The notes under the pieces are model-generated. The model worked only from the letters and a program-made list of their open reading frames with translations, ran no database searches and was not told the origin of the DNA. Source: Desulfotalea psychrophila LSv54 (GTDB lineage: Bacteria; Desulfobacterota; Desulfobulbia; Desulfobulbales; Desulfocapsaceae). Taken from it: 32,000 nucleotides of DNA. The position numbers and the translations under genes were made by a program. The stretch is from positions 2,610,001 to 2,642,000 of the forward strand of contig NC_006138.1 of assembly GCF_000025945.1 (NCBI RefSeq). Direction: 5' to 3'. Shown here piece by piece: positions 28,734 to 32,000 of the stretch (positions are counted from its first letter, which is position 1; the number at the start of each line of letters is the position of its first letter).

Positions 28734-29233
28734 TTATATACCATCCATATAAAGACGCCAACCATTGTGCATATCGTTTAATAAGCATTATGTATGGTAC
28801 AAACAATGCAGTTTCAAGAGATTTTCTCAATATAGCTGACTTCTATTATTTATTTCCAAGTAAATTAAAGGAAATCAACAATTGGCCTCGAAAAAATTCT
28901 AATGATTACAGAGCCGTTAAAGCAATTGAAAATTGCCATGAGAATCTTGATAATGCCAAAATGATATTTTATGAAATAAAGGAAATAAGACATAACACTT
29001 TCCTTAATTTAATATCAAGAGGAATCGTAATTGAAAGAAACAAGCACAATCAATTATATACCATGGAGCAATCTCTCCTGCCTGACTCTCTTATAGAATT
29101 GTTAAAAAAAGATGAATTTAGAGAATCTGAAGCTTACAGGATTATAACACAAAAAATGTCAAAAATACCATTGAATGGCGATACTGGATTAAAAGCTAAA
29201 ACAAGCTTGCTGGAGCATAGATATGACAATTAG
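28730..29233 (+). CDS. 167-aa helical protein, positional equivalent of LmuC / ABC-3C middle component
   Basis: ATGA overlap with the upstream gene (28730-28733) and an 11-nt overlap with the ATPase gene. I can recognise no catalytic motif. The assignment rests on size, position and operon context only. Confidence 0.6.
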   Translation: MIIYHPYKDANHCAYRLISIMYGTNNAVSRDFLNIADFYYLFPSKLKEINNWPRKNSNDYRAVKAIENCHENLDNAKMIFYEIKEIRHNTFLNLISRGIVIERNKHNQLYTMEQSLLPDSLIELLKKDEFRESEAYRIITQKMSKIPLNGDTGLKAKTSLLEHRYDN

Positions 29234-31124
29234 TAGATTAAAATTAAATCGTTTTTTGGTTATTCATGAGCAGCAGGCTATATATGATGAAACTTTCCAT
29301 GAAGGCATTAATGTCATCAGAGGAGAACACTCTGTTGGTAAATCAACACTTTTCGATTTAATTTATTATGTTTTGGGAGGTGATCTTAAAAAAGAAGAAT
29401 GGAGATATCCTACCAATGAGTGCACTGAGGTTCGCGCAGAAATCGAAATAAATAAAAAAACAATCACTCTCGCAAGAGAAATTTTAGCAGGTAAAAAACC
29501 AAAAATCAGGATGTTTGACGGTTGCTACGGAAAAGCTTTAAAAAACTATGGCAACTGGTTAAATTTTGGATCAGTACGATCTGATAATAAAGCTAGCTTT
29601 TCAGAAATGATGTTTGATTTATTTGGATGGGGACAACATAAGACAGAATCATTTAATAATTTAACAATGCACCAAATTTTAAGACTTTCCTACCTTAGTC
29701 AGTCATCAAAAACGACAAGCATATTCAGGGAGGAAATTGATAAACGCGGAGATAGCGGAAGTACTCGTAAAGCTATTGCAGAGTTTCTTTTAGGATTAGA
29801 TGACTTAACATCATATGATAAACGTCAAACAAAGGGTAAAAAACAGATAGAACTTGCAATATTTGAGGCAAACCGAGATAGTATCAAAAAAATTCTTGGT
29901 GATGACAGTGCCACTACTTTTAAAGATATAGAAACATTAATTAACTCAAAAAAATATATAATTTTTGATTTGATAGAAGAGAAAAACAACAAGTTGTCAC
30001 ATACTGATTCAAACAGCAACCATGCTATTGTTTTAAAAAGAGAAGAAATAATAACTACTATATCATATTATACAAAACTTATCAGTTTATCATTTAACAA
30101 AATTGAATTGATCCAAAGAGAAATTTCAGATTGTGATCTTTTCTCAAAAAGTCTTGAATTTAGAATAAAATCACTTGATGAATCTGAAAAAACATATAAA
30201 TCTCTAGGGAATATCTCTTTTAATTACTGTCCCTCTTGTTTCAGCCAACTCGACACAGTAGTTGCACATAACCAATGTAAACTTTGCAAAAAAATATTAC
30301 CTGATTATGATTTAACTGAAAAATACACAGAAACTCTTGCGGAGTTAAAATACCAGCAAAAGCAGAACACCAATACTATAAATAAGCTTCAAGTAGAATT
30401 GCAAAATAATGAAAATGAATACATAAAAAACAATGAAAAAGTAATGCTGCTACAAAATGAACTCAGCAATATCAGTACTCACTCAAACGAGAGAGAACTT
30501 ATAATCTCAAATTATACAAAAAGGATATCAAATGTTGAGTCAGGAATAATAGAATTGAATAAGAAAATCCCACTTATTCGGAATTTAGAAAAGTACAATA
30601 GAAGTATTTCTATAATTACAAAAGAGATATCTAAACTTGTGGAAGAAATAGATTCATTATCTGAACTCAGCAAAATTAGAAATAGGTCTGTTCTAAATAG
30701 TTTAGGTGAAACAGCTAGTGGGTTTTTAGAAAATGGGACTGGCAATGAAGAAGATTTCAAAATTGCTACTCAGAAAACAGTTGAAATTGATTTTGAAAAG
30801 GACAGATGGCTTCTTGGAGGCCGTATTAGTTTCTCAGAAAGCTCAAATGCTGAAAAAAAAAGTGCATTACATATTAGTTTTTTACTCCAGTCTCTTAAAG
30901 ATAAGCAAACACGTTATCCTCTTTTTTCGATTATGGACTTTGAATGTGCTGACTTAAACGAAGAGAGAAGCAAAAAAATACAAAATAATATCCTAAACTT
31001 ATTAAAAGATAAAGAAGGTTTCCAACTCTTAATAACATCATCCAAAATATCTCAGGAGCTTAATATTGAAGAATATGGGGTTGGACGTTATTACGGCAAA
31101 AATGATTACTTATTCAAAATCTAA
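29223..31124 (+). CDS. SMC/Rad50-like ABC ATPase with central coiled coil and four-Cys knuckle (LmuB-like / ABC-3C ATPase)
   Basis: 633 aa. The N-terminus is MTISRLKLNRF...INVIRGEHSVGKSTLFDLI (Walker A, Lys40), with a Q-loop-like YLSQ. About 300 aa of K/E/N/I/L-rich heptad-like sequence follow, with CPSC-x12-CKLC at aa 336-355. The C-terminus has a signature-like SESSNAEKKSAL, a Walker-B-like PLFSIMDFE and a D-loop-like ADL. Confidence 0.8.
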   Translation: MTISRLKLNRFLVIHEQQAIYDETFHEGINVIRGEHSVGKSTLFDLIYYVLGGDLKKEEWRYPTNECTEVRAEIEINKKTITLAREILAGKKPKIRMFDGCYGKALKNYGNWLNFGSVRSDNKASFSEMMFDLFGWGQHKTESFNNLTMHQILRLSYLSQSSKTTSIFREEIDKRGDSGSTRKAIAEFLLGLDDLTSYDKRQTKGKKQIELAIFEANRDSIKKILGDDSATTFKDIETLINSKKYIIFDLIEEKNNKLSHTDSNSNHAIVLKREEIITTISYYTKLISLSFNKIELIQREISDCDLFSKSLEFRIKSLDESEKTYKSLGNISFNYCPSCFSQLDTVVAHNQCKLCKKILPDYDLTEKYTETLAELKYQQKQNTNTINKLQVELQNNENEYIKNNEKVMLLQNELSNISTHSNERELIISNYTKRISNVESGIIELNKKIPLIRNLEKYNRSISIITKEISKLVEEIDSLSELSKIRNRSVLNSLGETASGFLENGTGNEEDFKIATQKTVEIDFEKDRWLLGGRISFSESSNAEKKSALHISFLLQSLKDKQTRYPLFSIMDFECADLNEERSKKIQNNILNLLKDKEGFQLLITSSKISQELNIEEYGVGRYYGKNDYLFKI

Positions 31125-31258
31125 ACAGCAAAAAAATAATTAGCCCAGATAACAAACACAGGCAGAAGAGTATAAAGAGCCGCTTCTGAAGTACAAAAGT
31201 TTTCGGGAGCGGCAATGTTGCAAAGATCAAATAAGTTAAAGAGGACACAGAAAAAGCA

Positions 31259-31285
31259 AGCTAATACCTTGCATTAGCTATTTTT
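31259..31285 (+). terminator. weak candidate terminator downstream of the island operon
   Basis: A 7-bp AT-rich stem agctaat (31259-31265) pairs with attagct (31273-31279) around a 7-nt loop, then aTTTTT. It lies 135 bp after the ATPase stop. The stem is short and weak. Confidence 0.3.
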
Positions 31286-31328
31286 CAGTACGGCTAGGCT
31301 TAGTGATATACCTTATTCTAACCATTAC

Positions 31329-31350
31329 CCCCCTCCTCCTCCATAATCAT
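31329..31350. repeat. 22-nt direct repeat, copy 1 (cccccctcctcctccataatcat)
   Basis: Near-identical to 31949-31970 (ccccctcttcctccataatcat). The two copies are 620 bp apart and bracket thpR. Confidence 0.7.
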
Positions 31351-31401
31351 GGATAGGCAGCAACTCAAAGAGGAACCTTAGATAATTCGGGGATTTTAAC
31401 C

Positions 31402-31920
31402 ATGAGACTGTTTTTAGCCATAGCCCTGCCCAGAGATGTAGAGAAGGTACTGCGGTCCTATCAACCCACTTCCGAAGCGTATATTAGAATCGTTAGTCAA
31501 CTCCATTTGACCCTGCATTTCCTGGGGGATGTGAAGCTGGCAGAGCTTGAGACGGCAATGTCTGATATCCGCTTTAAGGAGTTCAAGCTCAGCCTGGATG
31601 GCCTTGGCTGTTTTAAGGCAAATGGTAAATGCAGGACTCTGTGGGCCGGGGTGAGGCCAAATGAGGCCCTTCGACAGCTGTATGTCAGGATTGGTAAACG
31701 GCTTGAGGAGGCGGATTTTGAGCTGTATTCCCATCATTATTCTCCCCATATAAGCCTGGCCCGCTGCCAACGGAAGTACTCGGAGGAAAAAATCCAGCAT
31801 TTCCTGCAAATAAGGACCGAACCTTTAGAATTCAGGGTGGATCATTTCCTCTTATATGGTAGCGAGATTATAAATAATGTGCCCTTCTACAGGGCCTTGG
31901 CTAAATATGGGGCAAAATAG
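31402..31920 (+). CDS. thpR: RNA 2',3'-cyclic phosphodiesterase (2H phosphoesterase, LigT/ThpR family)
   Basis: 172 aa. MRLFLAI..P, then two HxT/S motifs at the expected spacing (HLTLHFLG and HISLAR), are the 2H superfamily signature. Confidence 0.85.
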   Translation: MRLFLAIALPRDVEKVLRSYQPTSEAYIRIVSQLHLTLHFLGDVKLAELETAMSDIRFKEFKLSLDGLGCFKANGKCRTLWAGVRPNEALRQLYVRIGKRLEEADFELYSHHYSPHISLARCQRKYSEEKIQHFLQIRTEPLEFRVDHFLLYGSEIINNVPFYRALAKYGAK

Positions 31921-31948
31921 CAAACCTCTCCCACCCCCTTGCCTTTGT

Positions 31949-31970
31949 CCCCCTCTTCCTCCATAATCAT
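31949..31970. repeat. 22-nt direct repeat, copy 2
   Basis: See copy 1. Confidence 0.7.
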
Positions 31971-32000
31971 AGGTAAACTTAGAAATCAATGAAATGAAGA

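Larger units (their letters stand above)
26400..31300. other. AT-rich genomic island carrying a four-gene Lamassu / ABC-3C-like conflict system
   Basis: The composition changes sharply. My spot counts of single 60-nt lines give ~27-28% G+C inside the island (lines starting at 29221 and 30361). A line in the DJ-1 gene (starting at 25501) gives ~60%, and the rest of the flanks look roughly mid-40s by eye. The boundaries are approximate. Confidence 0.65.

Noticed and set aside
1-32000. CRISPR arrays, rRNA/tRNA genes, IS elements with terminal inverted repeats, integrase/transposase genes
   Set aside because: I found no regularly spaced direct repeats, no tRNA T-loop/acceptor signatures and no ORF with recombinase or DDE transposase motifs on either strand.

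Overview
This 32-kb chromosomal segment comes from a diderm (Gram-negative) bacterium, since it carries a complete Mla lipid-asymmetry operon. I cannot assign a taxon from the sequence alone. About 30 genes are supportable.

Positions 1-19.8 kb are mostly housekeeping or core functions:
- a partial prephenate dehydratase-like gene
- an SH3b protein
- LD-carboxypeptidase
- type III pantothenate kinase
- a ParE/ParC-type type IIA topoisomerase pair, preceded by a tiny Cys-rich ORF
- a SAM methyltransferase
- a zinc-ribbon/TM2 protein
- mlaEFDC plus mlaA
- a secreted alpha/beta hydrolase
- a CHASE-PAS hybrid histidine kinase, translationally coupled to a REC/HD-GYP response regulator

Positions 19.8-26 kb look accessory. 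A CapA-family gene has its last ~360 bp duplicated, and the two copies bracket an AT-richer LysE-family exporter cassette. This is followed by a NAPE-PLD-like MBL hydrolase, a VOC protein, a DUF202-like membrane protein and a DJ-1/PfpI protein.

The standout is a strongly AT-rich island at ~26.4-31.2 kb. It carries four tightly overlapping plus-strand genes:
- a ComEC-type MBL hydrolase
- a trypsin-like serine protease fused to a helical C-terminal domain
- a 167-aa helical protein
- a 633-aa SMC/Rad50-like ABC ATPase with a four-Cys knuckle in the middle of its coiled coil

This is the architecture of Lamassu (LmuA/LmuC/LmuB) / ABC-three-component conflict systems, here with a hydrolase plus protease effector pair. 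I know of no mechanistic characterisation of that form. No integrase, tRNA, rRNA or CRISPR array was found. A host-like thpR (2H phosphoesterase) gene follows the island and is bracketed by a 22-nt direct repeat.
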